Assembly (NCBI GenBank): GCA_025355955.1
Contig: JANXYP010000278.1
Span: 284 to 64,283 of the forward strand
Length of the DNA: 64,000 nucleotides
Source of the DNA: Chloroflexota bacterium
Lineage (GTDB): Bacteria > Chloroflexota > Chloroflexia > QHBQ01
Direction of reading: 5' to 3'
Positions 39,775-49,785 of the stretch are shown in pieces; the stretch's first letter is position 1; every line of letters starts with the position of its first letter. Below the pieces are notes generated by a model, which made no database searches, had not been told where the DNA came from, and worked only from the letters and a program-made list of their open reading frames with translations. The position numbers and the translations under genes are program-made.

Positions 39775-40833
39775 CTACTTGATCAGCCCTTGTGCTACCA
39801 TCCAATCGTGAGCCACCACCTTGTAATCCTTCTTGTTGATGTCCACATCGGCATTCAGCTTGGTGATCTCAGCGTTGGTGATCTTGGCATCAACTGCGTT
39901 GAGCAGGTCAGGGATGTTGGGGTAGGCAGTGATGATGTCGTCACGCACGATGGGGGCAACCGGGTAAGGTGGGTAGAGGTTCTTGTCGTCGGTTAGAACG
40001 ACCAGGTTGTTGGCAGCGATCGCGCCCTCGGTGCTGTAGGCGATAACCGCATCGCCCTTGCCCTGCTTCAGCGCATCGTACTTGATTGCGTTGTCAACGT
40101 CGAGTACCTTTTTAAACTGGAAACCGCCGTAAGCCTTCTGCAAGCCGGGCAGGCCGTCGGCACGGTTATCAAACTCGGCGGTGGAGATGAGGGTGAGGTT
40201 GGGGGCCTTAGCCGAGAGGTCGCTGAGGGTCTTGATCCCGAGCTTGGTGGCGCAGTCACTTGGCATGGCGATGGCCTGGGTATCGTTCATCGGGGCGGGA
40301 GTCAGCACGGTGAGCTTGAACATACTCTCGTAATCGGCTTTGACCCTGGCGTACACCTTGTCGGCGTTATGCCAGTCGGGGCTGGAGGTGAGATCTACCT
40401 TGAGCACGACACCGAGGCTGGTGCCGGTGTATTCGGGGTACAAACTGATATCACCCTTGACGAGGGCGGCCTGGGCGATGGCGGTCGCACCCAGGTTCAT
40501 CTTGCTGCGGTCGACCGAGATGCCCGCGTTCTGCAAGGCCAGGGCGTACATCTCGCCGATGATGTATTCCTCGGTGAAGTTCTTGCTGCTGACGAACACG
40601 GTGGGCTTGTTCTGCTGGGCGGGCTGGATGGGGGGTTGAGCTAGTTGCTGTGCAACGATATGGCTATCGGACCTACCTGCCTGGGCAACCAGTACCCCGT
40701 TGGGTAGGCTACTTGACGAGGTGGTGCAGCTTTGGGCGGTGCTGGAGCTACTTGTGCCACCCAGGTCGCAGCCGCTGAGTAGAGGGGCGGCAAGCGCTGC
40801 CAGTAGCAGCATGACAAACATTCTTCGCTTCAC
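39775..40833 (-). CDS. Glycine betaine/choline ABC substrate-binding lipoprotein
   Basis: Lipobox LLSGC; SKNFTEEYIIG, YPEYTGT, DDKNLYPPY. Confidence 0.92.
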   Translation of the reverse strand: MKRRMFVMLLLAALAAPLLSGCDLGGTSSSSTAQSCTTSSSSLPNGVLVAQAGRSDSHIVAQQLAQPPIQPAQQNKPTVFVSSKNFTEEYIIGEMYALALQNAGISVDRSKMNLGATAIAQAALVKGDISLYPEYTGTSLGVVLKVDLTSSPDWHNADKVYARVKADYESMFKLTVLTPAPMNDTQAIAMPSDCATKLGIKTLSDLSAKAPNLTLISTAEFDNRADGLPGLQKAYGGFQFKKVLDVDNAIKYDALKQGKGDAVIAYSTEGAIAANNLVVLTDDKNLYPPYPVAPIVRDDIITAYPNIPDLLNAVDAKITNAEITKLNADVDINKKDYKVVAHDWMVAQGLIK

Positions 40834-40866
40834 AATGAGATTCCTTTCCTGTTCCTTTGGAACAAA

Positions 40867-41520
40867 CTACTGATAACGGAACGAACGTTGCACCGCACTG
40901 AGCAGCAGCTCGGCGGTGAAGGCCAGAATTGCCACTGGTATTGCCCCCACCAGTAGCAGGTCGTAGCGGCTGAGGGGTAGACCCGCAAAGATGAAATAGC
41001 CGAGGCCGCCGATGCCGATCAGGTAGGCAATGGTGGCGCTGGCGATCACCTCGACCGCAGCAGTACGAATGCCCGCGATGATCACGGGCAGGGCAAGCGG
41101 GAGTTCGACGCGGGTGAGCAACTGCGTGGGCGACATTCCCATGCCGCGCCCGGCTTCCCTGACTGCCGGGTTGAGGCCGCGCATTCCTGCGTCGGTGTTG
41201 ATGAGGATGGGCGGACCAGCCAGCACGACGAGTGCGACCAGGGCAGTCGGTTCGCCAAAGCCGAGGGTTGGCACCAGCAAAAACAAAATGGCGATGCTAG
41301 GGATGACCCTGGCAACGCCAACGAGGTTGATTATATAGCGGGCCGCCTGTGGGTGGCGGCTGATCCAGATGCCCAGCGGTAGGCAGATGATGATGGCGAG
41401 CGCCAGCGCAGTCAAACTGATACGCAGGTGCGTCCCCACTGCCTCCCAGAAGCGGCTCTGGTTATGCTGTATGTAATCGTAGGCCTTACTGAGAAGCTCG
41501 ATCATCAGCGCCTGCCTCAT
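40867..41520 (-). CDS. Osmoprotectant ABC permease
   Basis: RVIPSIAIL, EAGRGMGMS, VELPLALP. Confidence 0.92.
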   Translation of the reverse strand: MRQALMIELLSKAYDYIQHNQSRFWEAVGTHLRISLTALALAIIICLPLGIWISRHPQAARYIINLVGVARVIPSIAILFLLVPTLGFGEPTALVALVVLAGPPILINTDAGMRGLNPAVREAGRGMGMSPTQLLTRVELPLALPVIIAGIRTAAVEVIASATIAYLIGIGGLGYFIFAGLPLSRYDLLLVGAIPVAILAFTAELLLSAVQRSFRYQ

Positions 41521-41670
41521 ACTTTGTTACAGCGGGAGAAACACCAACCGCTATCCGTACTTACGACTAAATAGCAGTGTCTGGATGTATCGTACATTAT
41601 ACAGGGGTAGGGAGGATAAGTCAAGTGATCAACAAAAATCAGGGCGAACAATTGTTCGCCCTGATTTAGA

Positions 41671-42219
41671 TTACTGCCCCATCCGCCGCCGCACCTCAGC
41701 GTCCACTTCGCGCTGGCGGTCGACTTCGCTCTGCCGCGCCCAGCCACCGTAGACAGACATATAATGAGAGAACAGGCCGATGCCCCAACCGAACGCCACC
41801 CAGATCGGCCAGAAGTAGATAAGACCGCCAGCGGCAATCGAAGTTACCAGCCAGATAGCGATGAGCAGGATCATTGTAAAGATATAACTAGTAAGGTGCT
41901 GGCGGAAGCCCTGCCGATCCTTGACCGCTTTGGTCGCCTCGGCGCGCACGCGGTCAACATCGACCTGCGTGTACGGCAGCGGTGCTGGCGGCGGTTGGTA
42001 GGGCTGGATTGGCCCGCCGGGCGAAGGGGGTAGCGGCTGCGCCAGGTTGCCGCCCGGGTAGGCCTTCACCGGCGTGCCGTAGGCTTCCTTGGTCTGATCG
42101 ACGTAGCCGATCGGTTGGTTAGGGTCGTAGCCACCGATGCCCGGCTGGGCCATCCGCTGGGTCTGATCAGCAGGCAGTTGCCCACCGCCAGAGTTGTAAT
42201 TATAGTTATTGTTGCTCAT
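41671..42219 (-). CDS. P/Q/Y-rich protein with a C-terminal 2TM domain
   Basis: GFRQHLTSY...FWPIWVAFGWGIGLFSH; start at MSNNN. Confidence 0.8.
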   Translation of the reverse strand: MSNNNYNYNSGGGQLPADQTQRMAQPGIGGYDPNQPIGYVDQTKEAYGTPVKAYPGGNLAQPLPPSPGGPIQPYQPPPAPLPYTQVDVDRVRAEATKAVKDRQGFRQHLTSYIFTMILLIAIWLVTSIAAGGLIYFWPIWVAFGWGIGLFSHYMSVYGGWARQSEVDRQREVDAEVRRRMGQ

Positions 42220-42364
42220 CCCTTGCTCCCTTTTAGCTGTCGGTTGGGTCTGGCTTGGCAAGTGTTTTACCACAGCCGGTCCGGTTTTGCATCAGCCTGA
42301 TTTACTAAAGCGGCATCATCCCCAGGGTGTGATACCGCTCTATTTGGGGTTGCTTGCTTTGTGC

Positions 42365-43117
42365 TTACCAGCGATTGCGGTTGCGCCAGCGTCTACCGTA
42401 TCTACCATAGCGACCCAACCGACCAAAGATGAACAGCGGCCAGAAGATGAAGAACGGCCAGAAGCTATATATCGGCCAGAACCCCCACCAGCCTCCTGAC
42501 GAGAAGATTGACAGCACCACGATGCCGACGATTAGCCAGATGAACCACGGCATCACTGGCCGAGTAGAGGGCGATTTTGATGGCAGCGGCTGGCCGTTGT
42601 ACTGCTGGTCAGCAGGGGCATAGCCGCGATAGGTCTGTTGATCTGATAGCGGCGTATTCTGCTGCATTGGGGTCATTTGCTGATCGCCCTGATAAATCGT
42701 CACTGGCGCGTAAGGCGCGGGCTTGACGTTGTAATCGGGCGTGGATGGGGTGCTGTAGCCCTGCATCGGCGGGTTGGGGTAGCTCTGCACTGGCGTGCCG
42801 GGGTAGCCCTGCACGGGAGGGTTGACGTAATTAGGTGCGGGCGGATACCCTGGCACGTTCTGCGCCGCCTGTGCGTAAGGGTGCTGCTGTGACTGCTGCG
42901 GCATCGGCAGCGGTGGCATGGGCGGGAAGGCCCCTGGCCCGGTGTACTGCTGCACCGGCGTGCCGTAATCCTCGTCGCGGTCGGGCTGCCACGCGCTGTC
43001 CCACTGCAAGCTGCGGGTAGCATCCGCATCGGCGTTGCTGCCAGCCACGCTGTTATCGCCAGCGGCGTTGCCTCGCGCCACGTTCTGGTTACTGCTATCG
43101 TAATTAGGATTGTTCAT
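42365..43117 (-). CDS. P/Q/Y-rich protein with a C-terminal Trp-rich TM segment and WQPDRDEDY motif
   Basis: 250-aa ORF; low-complexity N-terminus, hydrophobic C-terminus, Arg-rich tail. Confidence 0.75.
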   Translation of the reverse strand: MNNPNYDSSNQNVARGNAAGDNSVAGSNADADATRSLQWDSAWQPDRDEDYGTPVQQYTGPGAFPPMPPLPMPQQSQQHPYAQAAQNVPGYPPAPNYVNPPVQGYPGTPVQSYPNPPMQGYSTPSTPDYNVKPAPYAPVTIYQGDQQMTPMQQNTPLSDQQTYRGYAPADQQYNGQPLPSKSPSTRPVMPWFIWLIVGIVVLSIFSSGGWWGFWPIYSFWPFFIFWPLFIFGRLGRYGRYGRRWRNRNRW

Positions 43118-43246
43118 CCTGGTTGCCTTCTTTCTGGTTTTACTGCCTGATAATACCTTTGTGTAAATTATACCATAATCGACGAAGCTGCTGCGTTAGA
43201 TATCGGTATGAGATGCCTCAGTCCGATTGTCAGATGTGGGCCGCGC

Positions 43247-43903
43247 CTACCCTACAAAACTGAGCAGAAACAAGATAACATTTCCCAGCAGCCACAACAC
43301 ACCCAGGACAATCTCGAAGTTGAACTCTAGAATCCCACCAACCGCCCCATATTTGGGATGGCGCTGGCGGTGCCAGTTTATTATGCCGAGGATTGACGCG
43401 GTCCAGATTATTGCCCAGACCGGCCATACCTTCCTGAAGATGAGGGTGAGTAGCGCCAGGGTAAACACAAGGGCAGCAATGCGGCCAATCGCCCCCCATC
43501 GCCCTACTGATTGAGCCTCCGAAGTAGCTTCGCGCATGGTTGATTGTGTAGTTAGCGGAGCCTGCAAGGTCGGCAGCATCACAGTCCTGAACGGCCCTGC
43601 GTCAAGCAGCATCCCGGGCCGATTAACCTGCTGTGTCTCTTGCGGATTGGGCAATATCGCCTGGCTGGAAGCGGTAGGCACTTGCGGCAACGCCTGGCGA
43701 GTTGGCGCATAGGCTATAGGGCTAACGGGTCGCTGCTCAATCAACATACTTTGCGCCGTGCCAAACGCATTATCCGGCGGGTTCGGCTGTGGCGTAGGTG
43801 AACTGGTCGCCAACCGCACCTCGTCGCCATAATCTTCATCGTGGTCGGGCTGCCATCCGTTGGCTGCATCGCCTGGTTTGTCGCTGTAGACAGGTCGCTG
43901 CAT
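43247..43903 (-). CDS. P/Q-rich membrane protein with WQPDHDEDY motif
   Basis: Start at MQRPV after a GGAG; three C-terminal hydrophobic segments. Confidence 0.7.
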   Translation of the reverse strand: MQRPVYSDKPGDAANGWQPDHDEDYGDEVRLATSSPTPQPNPPDNAFGTAQSMLIEQRPVSPIAYAPTRQALPQVPTASSQAILPNPQETQQVNRPGMLLDAGPFRTVMLPTLQAPLTTQSTMREATSEAQSVGRWGAIGRIAALVFTLALLTLIFRKVWPVWAIIWTASILGIINWHRQRHPKYGAVGGILEFNFEIVLGVLWLLGNVILFLLSFVG

Positions 43904-44373
43904 AATTCCCCGCTCCGGTTCGCTGCGCTGATTGCTTTGGTCAGCCACAAGATCGCCAGTCTGGCGATGATAAAGATGTAAAGTCCGGCCTGATGAAAGA
44001 GCAGAATGGCGACGATCAGGCCAGCGGCGGTGAGTAGCCACACCCAGGCAGGCGTTCCCTGGCGGATGGTAGTAGGCGTGAAGCCCTGCCCCATCGGTTG
44101 CGCGGCCTGGATTATCGCCGGTGGGGTGTGCGCGTCAGGGTGATACTGATCAATCTGTACACGCTGGCTAGGGTCGGGGTTCACCGCCTCACCGGGCTGC
44201 CAGATCTCGGTCGGCTCGACCACGCGGGTTTGCTGCTTGCGGGCAGACTTCTGTTCGCGTTGCAGTTGCGCGCTATAGTCGGGGTCGAGGTCGGGCTGCC
44301 AGGTGCCTTCGCCCTGCGCCACGGCGCTGTTTGGTACTGATGTATTCTGACTTTTGTAGTTGGCGTTCGGCAA
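43741..44373 (-). CDS. Membrane protein with WQPDLDPDY motif; 3' end overlaps the next gene by 163 nt
   Basis: TTG start after AGAGG; two TM segments; the tail after the TMs looks like read-through. Confidence 0.6.
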   Translation of the reverse strand: MPNANYKSQNTSVPNSAVAQGEGTWQPDLDPDYSAQLQREQKSARKQQTRVVEPTEIWQPGEAVNPDPSQRVQIDQYHPDAHTPPAIIQAAQPMGQGFTPTTIRQGTPAWVWLLTAAGLIVAILLFHQAGLYIFIIARLAILWLTKAISAANRSGELCSDLSTATNQAMQPTDGSPTTMKIMATRCGWRPVHLRHSRTRRIMRLARRKVC

Positions 44374-44404
44374 GCAATTTACCTCTTTGGCTGTGGAGCT
44401 ACAA

Positions 44405-44890
44405 TCAGAATACCCCGTTCAGCTTGCATAGCAGGGTGATGAAGACACTAGCGAAGATGGCGAGGGTAATCAGCAGCATCACCAGTCGTGAGCCAATGTA
44501 GGCCGCGCCATATCCGCCGCTCCGCTTGCGTAGCCCGCCACTCAACCCAACCAGCGGGAAGACGATTATGAGCCACCATACCCCTGTGTAGTAGTAGAGC
44601 AACAAGCCCGCCGCCAGGGTAATTAGCAGCGACACGCCAAGTGCAATCGCGTTGAAGGGTGGAGCAACCGGACGGCTGTATTGCGGCGTGATGGTCGGCC
44701 ACTGCTGGTATGTGGGCTGGCTAGTCTGCCCGCCAATATATTCGGGTGGCGGGTAGGCATTCGTATCATAAGCTGACGGGTAGGCGTTGGGCGCGGGTTG
44801 ATAGTTGGGCGGCGGATAGCCAGACTGCCCACCGTTGCGCTGGATTTGCAGGTAGTAATCCTCGTTATTGTCGTTGTTGGCGGGGTACAT
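44405..44890 (-). CDS. P/Y/Q-rich protein with C-terminal TM helices
   Basis: Start at MYPAN; YPPP-type low complexity followed by three hydrophobic segments. Confidence 0.7.
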   Translation of the reverse strand: MYPANNDNNEDYYLQIQRNGGQSGYPPPNYQPAPNAYPSAYDTNAYPPPEYIGGQTSQPTYQQWPTITPQYSRPVAPPFNAIALGVSLLITLAAGLLLYYYTGVWWLIIVFPLVGLSGGLRKRSGGYGAAYIGSRLVMLLITLAIFASVFITLLCKLNGVF

Positions 44891-45119
44891 CGTGCCGCTC
44901 CCTTCGCTGGCTTGACTGCTGCTCTCAATTATACTACGTTGGCGGGCGCTGGCAAGTTGCAACATTCGGCGCTAACCACCCTCCGCTCCTGCTTGACCCC
45001 TGGATTAGACAGGGCGACAGGGGTAGGTTGTTTCATACCTGCCACTTGTAGATGCTGATTGTGCTATAATCATCTAGTCCCTAGCCGGAGCAGAAGAGAT
45101 AGAAATCGGAGGACACCCA

Positions 45120-45413
45120 ATGCCAAACAACCGCACCAGAGTGAGCTTCAGCGACGAGGAGATGGCGAAGATAGATAAAGCCCTGGCCGTCATCGGCGAT
45201 ATTGATATTAACGTGTTCGTACACGAAGCCGCGCTGTACTATGCCGACTTCCGCCTCGGCGTAGAAGCCAGCGCCACACCTACCGAACAGGCGTTGCTCG
45301 AAGGGCAGCGGCTTACCAACGCGCAAATCGCCAAGAACAAGCGGGCTGAGGAACACGAGCAGTTGCGTACACCCAGCTTCCGCCCTCCGGCGCAGGGCAG
45401 ACGCGGGCGCTAA
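45120..45413 (+). CDS. Small hypothetical protein, possibly ribbon-helix-helix DNA-binding
   Basis: GGAGG RBS; RTRVSFSDEEMAKID beta-helix pattern. Confidence 0.55.
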   Translation: MPNNRTRVSFSDEEMAKIDKALAVIGDIDINVFVHEAALYYADFRLGVEASATPTEQALLEGQRLTNAQIAKNKRAEEHEQLRTPSFRPPAQGRRGR

Positions 45414-45415
45414 TC

Positions 45416-45824
45416 TAATACCAATTAGCTGTTGTGCCGCTATAGATTGAGGCAGGGCGAACAACGGTTCGCCCCTACAGAACTATAGCATTGCGGCGGC
45501 TAATTGGTATAACCCTCAGTAATACCAAATAGCTGTTGTGCCGCTATAGATTGAGGCAGGGCGAACAACGGTTCGCCCCTACAGAACTATAGCATCACTG
45601 CAGCTAATTGGTATAACCCTCAGTAATACCAAATAGCTGTTGTGCCGTTATAGATTGAGGCAGGGCGAACAACGGCTCGCCCCTACAGAACTATAGCATT
45701 GCGGCGGCTAATTGGTATAACCCTCAGTAATACCAAATAGCTGTTGTGCCGTTATAGATTGAGCCAGGGCGAACAACGGTTCGCCCCTACAGAACTATAG
45801 CATCGCTGCGGCTATTTGGTATAA
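45416..45824. repeat. Tandem array of four 104-bp units (93-bp MITE plus constant linker)
   Basis: Units start at 45416, 45520, 45624 and 45728. Confidence 0.95.
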
Positions 45825-45896
45825 TCAGATATGGGCGGGCAGCGGCCCGCTCATTTGCTGGCTTCAATGATCGATCGCAAGACAACAAACCTACTA

Positions 45897-46005
45897 GGGC
45901 GATTGCAAAGTCGGCCAAGGCGCATTGAATTAACGCTCCTTCAAGCTGGAAACCATGCAGGGGCGTTGATTTATCCCGCCCATGTTGCCGACTTTGCAAT
46001 CGTCC
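45897..46005. mobile_element. 109-bp MITE-like element flanked by TA
   Basis: tagggcgattgcaaagtcggc / gccgactttgcaatcgtccta, 20/21 inverted match. Confidence 0.7.
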
Positions 46006-46121
46006 TATCAAACCTACCCTTAGCTATTTGACAAGCATACAACCTTCTAATATAATGCAGCAAGCAACTGTATCATGGATAATGTTACAATAACCCCTTT
46101 GGAGATGAAAGGAGCAAGGCA

Positions 46122-46940
46122 ATGGCCTTTGAGAACCCCGCGCTAAATGACAAAACGTTCAAACAAGCAATCGCCGCGTCGCAAGTGGGCTACGGACAGC
46201 CTGGTTATGGGCAACCCGCCTACGTGCAGCCCGCAGAGGTAATGACCGCCAGTGGCACCTACGCGATTACTGCCGCCCTGCTGATGCTAGTCATCGCGGG
46301 CGCATTGATTGGCTGGACCCAGGTGGAAACCATCCCCTACAGCCAGTATGGCGGCACCACCTGGATACCGACTTCGATACCGATCTGGCTACTACCCGCG
46401 TTGATCGGCACCCTCATCCTTGCTTTCGCCGCTTCGTTCTTCCCCAAAGCCTCGCCCATCATCGCACCGATCTACGCCGTTGGTGAAGGGTTGGTCATCG
46501 GGGTGATCTCGCGGCTCTACGATGCTCAGTTCAAGGGCATCGTGCTGGAGGCAATGCTGGCGACCATTGCCGTATTCGTCACCATGTTGTTCCTCTACAG
46601 CACGCACATCATCAAAGTGACGAACAAGTACATCATGGTGGTAACCGCCGCTACGATAGGCATCTTCCTGGTTTATCTGGTTGGCTTTATCTTGTCGTTG
46701 TTTGGGGTACACTTCTACGCCCTCAGCCAACCCACTCCCTGGACCATCGGCATCAGCCTGTTTGTCGTCATCGTCGCGGCATTGAACCTGCCGCTTGACT
46801 TCAACTTCATCGAGCGCGGCGCGCAGGCGGGCGCACCGAAGTATATGCAATGGTACGGCGCGTTCGGCCTGATTGTGACTATCGTCTGGATTTACATCTC
46901 GATCCTGCGCCTGCTGGCCCTGCTTCAGTCGCGGCGATGA
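46122..46940 (+). CDS. Bax inhibitor-1/YccA family membrane protein
   Basis: NPAL, APIYAVGEG, AALNLPLDF, WYGAFGLIVTIVWIY. Confidence 0.9.
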   Translation: MAFENPALNDKTFKQAIAASQVGYGQPGYGQPAYVQPAEVMTASGTYAITAALLMLVIAGALIGWTQVETIPYSQYGGTTWIPTSIPIWLLPALIGTLILAFAASFFPKASPIIAPIYAVGEGLVIGVISRLYDAQFKGIVLEAMLATIAVFVTMLFLYSTHIIKVTNKYIMVVTAATIGIFLVYLVGFILSLFGVHFYALSQPTPWTIGISLFVVIVAALNLPLDFNFIERGAQAGAPKYMQWYGAFGLIVTIVWIYISILRLLALLQSRR

Positions 46941-47020
46941 GGCGGAAATTAAAGATTAAAGCAATAGGGGCGCACCATCAGTGCGCTCCTACTCATACCT
47001 CGTATCTAATGCCTTGCGGC

Positions 47021-48043
47021 TTACCAGTTGCGCGGCGTAACCATCTCTATGGGGTGATGCTCGGCGGCGGCAATCTCGGATTCGAGGAACTTCTCGGCAT
47101 CCATCGCCGCTTTGCAGCCAGAACCGGCTGCGGTAATCGCCTGGCGGTAGCGGGTGTCGAATACGTCGCCCGCCACGAACACGCCGTGGACGTTGGTGTG
47201 ACTCTCGCCAATCAGCCTGACGTAACCCTTCTCGTCGAGGTCAATCTTGTCCCTGAACACGCCGGTATTCGGCTCGTGACCAATAGCGACGAACACGCCA
47301 CTCACCGCCAGGTCGCGGGTCTGACCGCTAATGATGTCGCGTACGCGCAGACCAGTTACATCATCCTCACCCAAGATCTCTTCGATGCCAGTGTTGAATA
47401 GCACCTCGATCTTCGGGTTTGACAACGCCCGTTGCTGCATGATCTTCGAGCCACGGAACGCATCGCGACGGTGGATGAGCTTCACCTTGTTGACAATATG
47501 ACTGAGGTAAAGCGCTTCTTCCAGCGCAGAGTCGCCGCCACCGATGACTGCTACATCCTGCCCACGATAGAAGAAGCCGTCGCAGGTAGCGCAGGTTGAC
47601 ACCCCACGTCCGCGCAGCCGCGTCTCGCTGGGGATGTCCAGCCACTTGGCCGCCGCGCCGGTGGCGATGATTACTGCATCGGCGGTGTAGGTGTCGCTAT
47701 CGGTGTTGAGGGTGAAGGGACGCTTGCTGAAGTCCACCCGCTCCACATCCTGGTCGATCACCTTCGCGCCCACCCGCTCGGCTTGCGCCCGCATTGCCGC
47801 CATCAATTCAGGCCCCTGGATGCCCTCGGCAAAACCGGGGAAGTTCTCTACATCGCTGGTCAGCATCAACTGTCCGCCGTAGGTGAGGCCCGCGATTACG
47901 GTGGTGTCCAGGTTGGCCCGCGCCGCATAAATCGCCGCCGTCAAACCCGCTGGGCCGCTGCCCACAATCACCACTCTCTTCATATGTTCTGGCCCATCAT
48001 GCGTTGGCGCTGCCGGGTCAAACTCTTTCACATCTATAGCCAT
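47021..48043 (-). CDS. trxB: Thioredoxin-disulfide reductase
   Basis: GSGPAGLTAA, VENFPGF, CATCDG, GGGDSA, IHRRD, GVFVAGDV..YRQAITAAG. Confidence 0.97.
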   Translation of the reverse strand: MAIDVKEFDPAAPTHDGPEHMKRVVIVGSGPAGLTAAIYAARANLDTTVIAGLTYGGQLMLTSDVENFPGFAEGIQGPELMAAMRAQAERVGAKVIDQDVERVDFSKRPFTLNTDSDTYTADAVIIATGAAAKWLDIPSETRLRGRGVSTCATCDGFFYRGQDVAVIGGGDSALEEALYLSHIVNKVKLIHRRDAFRGSKIMQQRALSNPKIEVLFNTGIEEILGEDDVTGLRVRDIISGQTRDLAVSGVFVAIGHEPNTGVFRDKIDLDEKGYVRLIGESHTNVHGVFVAGDVFDTRYRQAITAAGSGCKAAMDAEKFLESEIAAAEHHPIEMVTPRNW

Positions 48044-48167
48044 TCTGATTACCTCGTTTCTGCTACTGCCTACCAGGGCGCATAGCCATGCCCCCCTATC
48101 TCGGTTGTCTGCTTATATTGTACCATCTTTATTGCAAGAAACAAAATTATCCAAAAATCTTTCGTGC

Positions 48168-49085
48168 TTAGACCTCACCCAACTGCAGCGCGTGCCACCA
48201 GTAGAACGCCGCCCAGCCGCGCCAACCTGCCCACTGTTCGGCTAGCTCCCTCACCTCGATTTCGCTGGCGTTACGGCTCAGGCCGTAGGCACGACCTATA
48301 GCGATGCGTAGCCCCATATCAGCGGCAGGGATGCTATCGCACTCACCCAGGCCGCGCATCAGCACGTACTCCGCCGTCCAACGCCCCAGCCCACGCAGAC
48401 GGGTCAGGTAGGCAATCGCCTGCTCATGGGGCAGGCTGGCAGCGTAGGCAAAATCGAGTTCGCCGCTGATGAGCGCGTCAGCCGCGCCGATCACGTAGCT
48501 GCTCTTCTGGCGGCTAAACTGGTTGGCAGCCAGCAACGCCGGGTCGAGTGCGGCGATCGCCTGCGGGGTCGGCATCAGCGGATAGTCGGCTCCCGCGATG
48601 GCTAGCTGCCCTCCACACAGCTCTACTAGCCGCTGCTTCAACTTGCGGGCGAAGCTCACATTGATTTGCTGCCCGATAATCGCCCAGATTAGCGCCTCGA
48701 ATGGCGAAACAATCGTAACCGGGCGCAGCCCATAGTAGCGCTGCACCAATGCGCCGAACACCGGGTCGGTATGGGCGATGCGATAGAACTCGGTGGGGTC
48801 ATCGTCGAGCGAAAAGACGCGACATATCAGCCGTTTGGCCTCGCTCATAAGCACGGTATTGATCTGTCCGCCCGCCACTGTAAGCTCCAAGTGGGGCGCG
48901 TCTACGCTGCCCACCGATTTGACGGTGAGCAGCACATCCTGCCCGCCCAGGGTTACGGCGCGGCGGTAAATGCCATCATCGCTGACCTGTTCCAGCACTG
49001 CCGATGAAGAGCGGCGCACATAGTCCAGGGCAGCGGCGAAGTTGTAAGGAGCAATAGGGGTAATTTCAGCAGGGGCAGAAAGCAT
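48168..49085 (-). CDS. alkA: DNA-3-methyladenine glycosylase II (AlkA N-terminal plus HhH-GPD)
   Basis: PFEALIWAIIGQQI, LRGLGRWTAEYVLMR, PAADMGL. Confidence 0.9.
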   Translation of the reverse strand: MLSAPAEITPIAPYNFAAALDYVRRSSSAVLEQVSDDGIYRRAVTLGGQDVLLTVKSVGSVDAPHLELTVAGGQINTVLMSEAKRLICRVFSLDDDPTEFYRIAHTDPVFGALVQRYYGLRPVTIVSPFEALIWAIIGQQINVSFARKLKQRLVELCGGQLAIAGADYPLMPTPQAIAALDPALLAANQFSRQKSSYVIGAADALISGELDFAYAASLPHEQAIAYLTRLRGLGRWTAEYVLMRGLGECDSIPAADMGLRIAIGRAYGLSRNASEIEVRELAEQWAGWRGWAAFYWWHALQLGEV

Positions 49086-49113
49086 AAGTCGTTTCCTTGT
49101 AGGGCGATAGCGC

Positions 49114-49710
49114 CTATATCTCAGCGCGGTAAGTCTTGCCTAGCTCCTCACCAAGTCCAAAATAGTGACGGAAGTTGTAGATGAGCGGATGCCAGGCAAT
49201 GGGATTAATGTGATTTCCGCCAGTAACAATGTCGGGGTTGGCGTGAACGCGAACCACGCTGACTTCGACAATCGATGTACCGCTCTCCGTGCCACCCAGC
49301 GGATATATCGCGTTGACCTTCGCTTCAAATTGTAGTGGACACTCAAGCACACGCGGCGGAGCAATGCACTCGGCAGGAACAGGGGTGAGTCCGGCAGCCG
49401 CAAATTTGTCGCGCTCGTAACGCGACTGGGCTACCTTAGCGGGCGGTACGGGATTCTTGCCGGTCAAGGGAGCGAGCCGCTCTACCGCCTGCCACATATC
49501 TGCCGAGGGAAAGTTGAGAACACACTCCCCGCTACGGCGGAGGTTCTCAATAGTCTTCCCTGAATTACCAAAACCTAGAACAATGTTCCAACCCAGCGCC
49601 CACGCGGAGGACATAGGGGCAAGGTTGGCGCTGCCATCTTCATTCAGTGTGCTTATCAGCACTACCGGAGTGCCGAAGTAAAGAATCTTCGGCTCAATCG
49701 CTATGTGCAT
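49114..49710 (-). CDS. Flavin reductase family protein
   Basis: LYFGTPVVLIST..ANLAPMSS, PPRVLECP; start at MHIAIEP. Confidence 0.88.
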   Translation of the reverse strand: MHIAIEPKILYFGTPVVLISTLNEDGSANLAPMSSAWALGWNIVLGFGNSGKTIENLRRSGECVLNFPSADMWQAVERLAPLTGKNPVPPAKVAQSRYERDKFAAAGLTPVPAECIAPPRVLECPLQFEAKVNAIYPLGGTESGTSIVEVSVVRVHANPDIVTGGNHINPIAWHPLIYNFRHYFGLGEELGKTYRAEI

Positions 49711-49785
49711 TGATACATCTCCTTGACAAGATTTGTGCATGGATATATAATAACACAAAGATATGTAAAATGCAAGGAGCGTACC

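Noticed and set aside
45416-45824. CRISPR array
   Set aside because: The units are 104 bp and almost identical with a constant linker; there are no unique spacers or cas genes, and solo copies are dispersed
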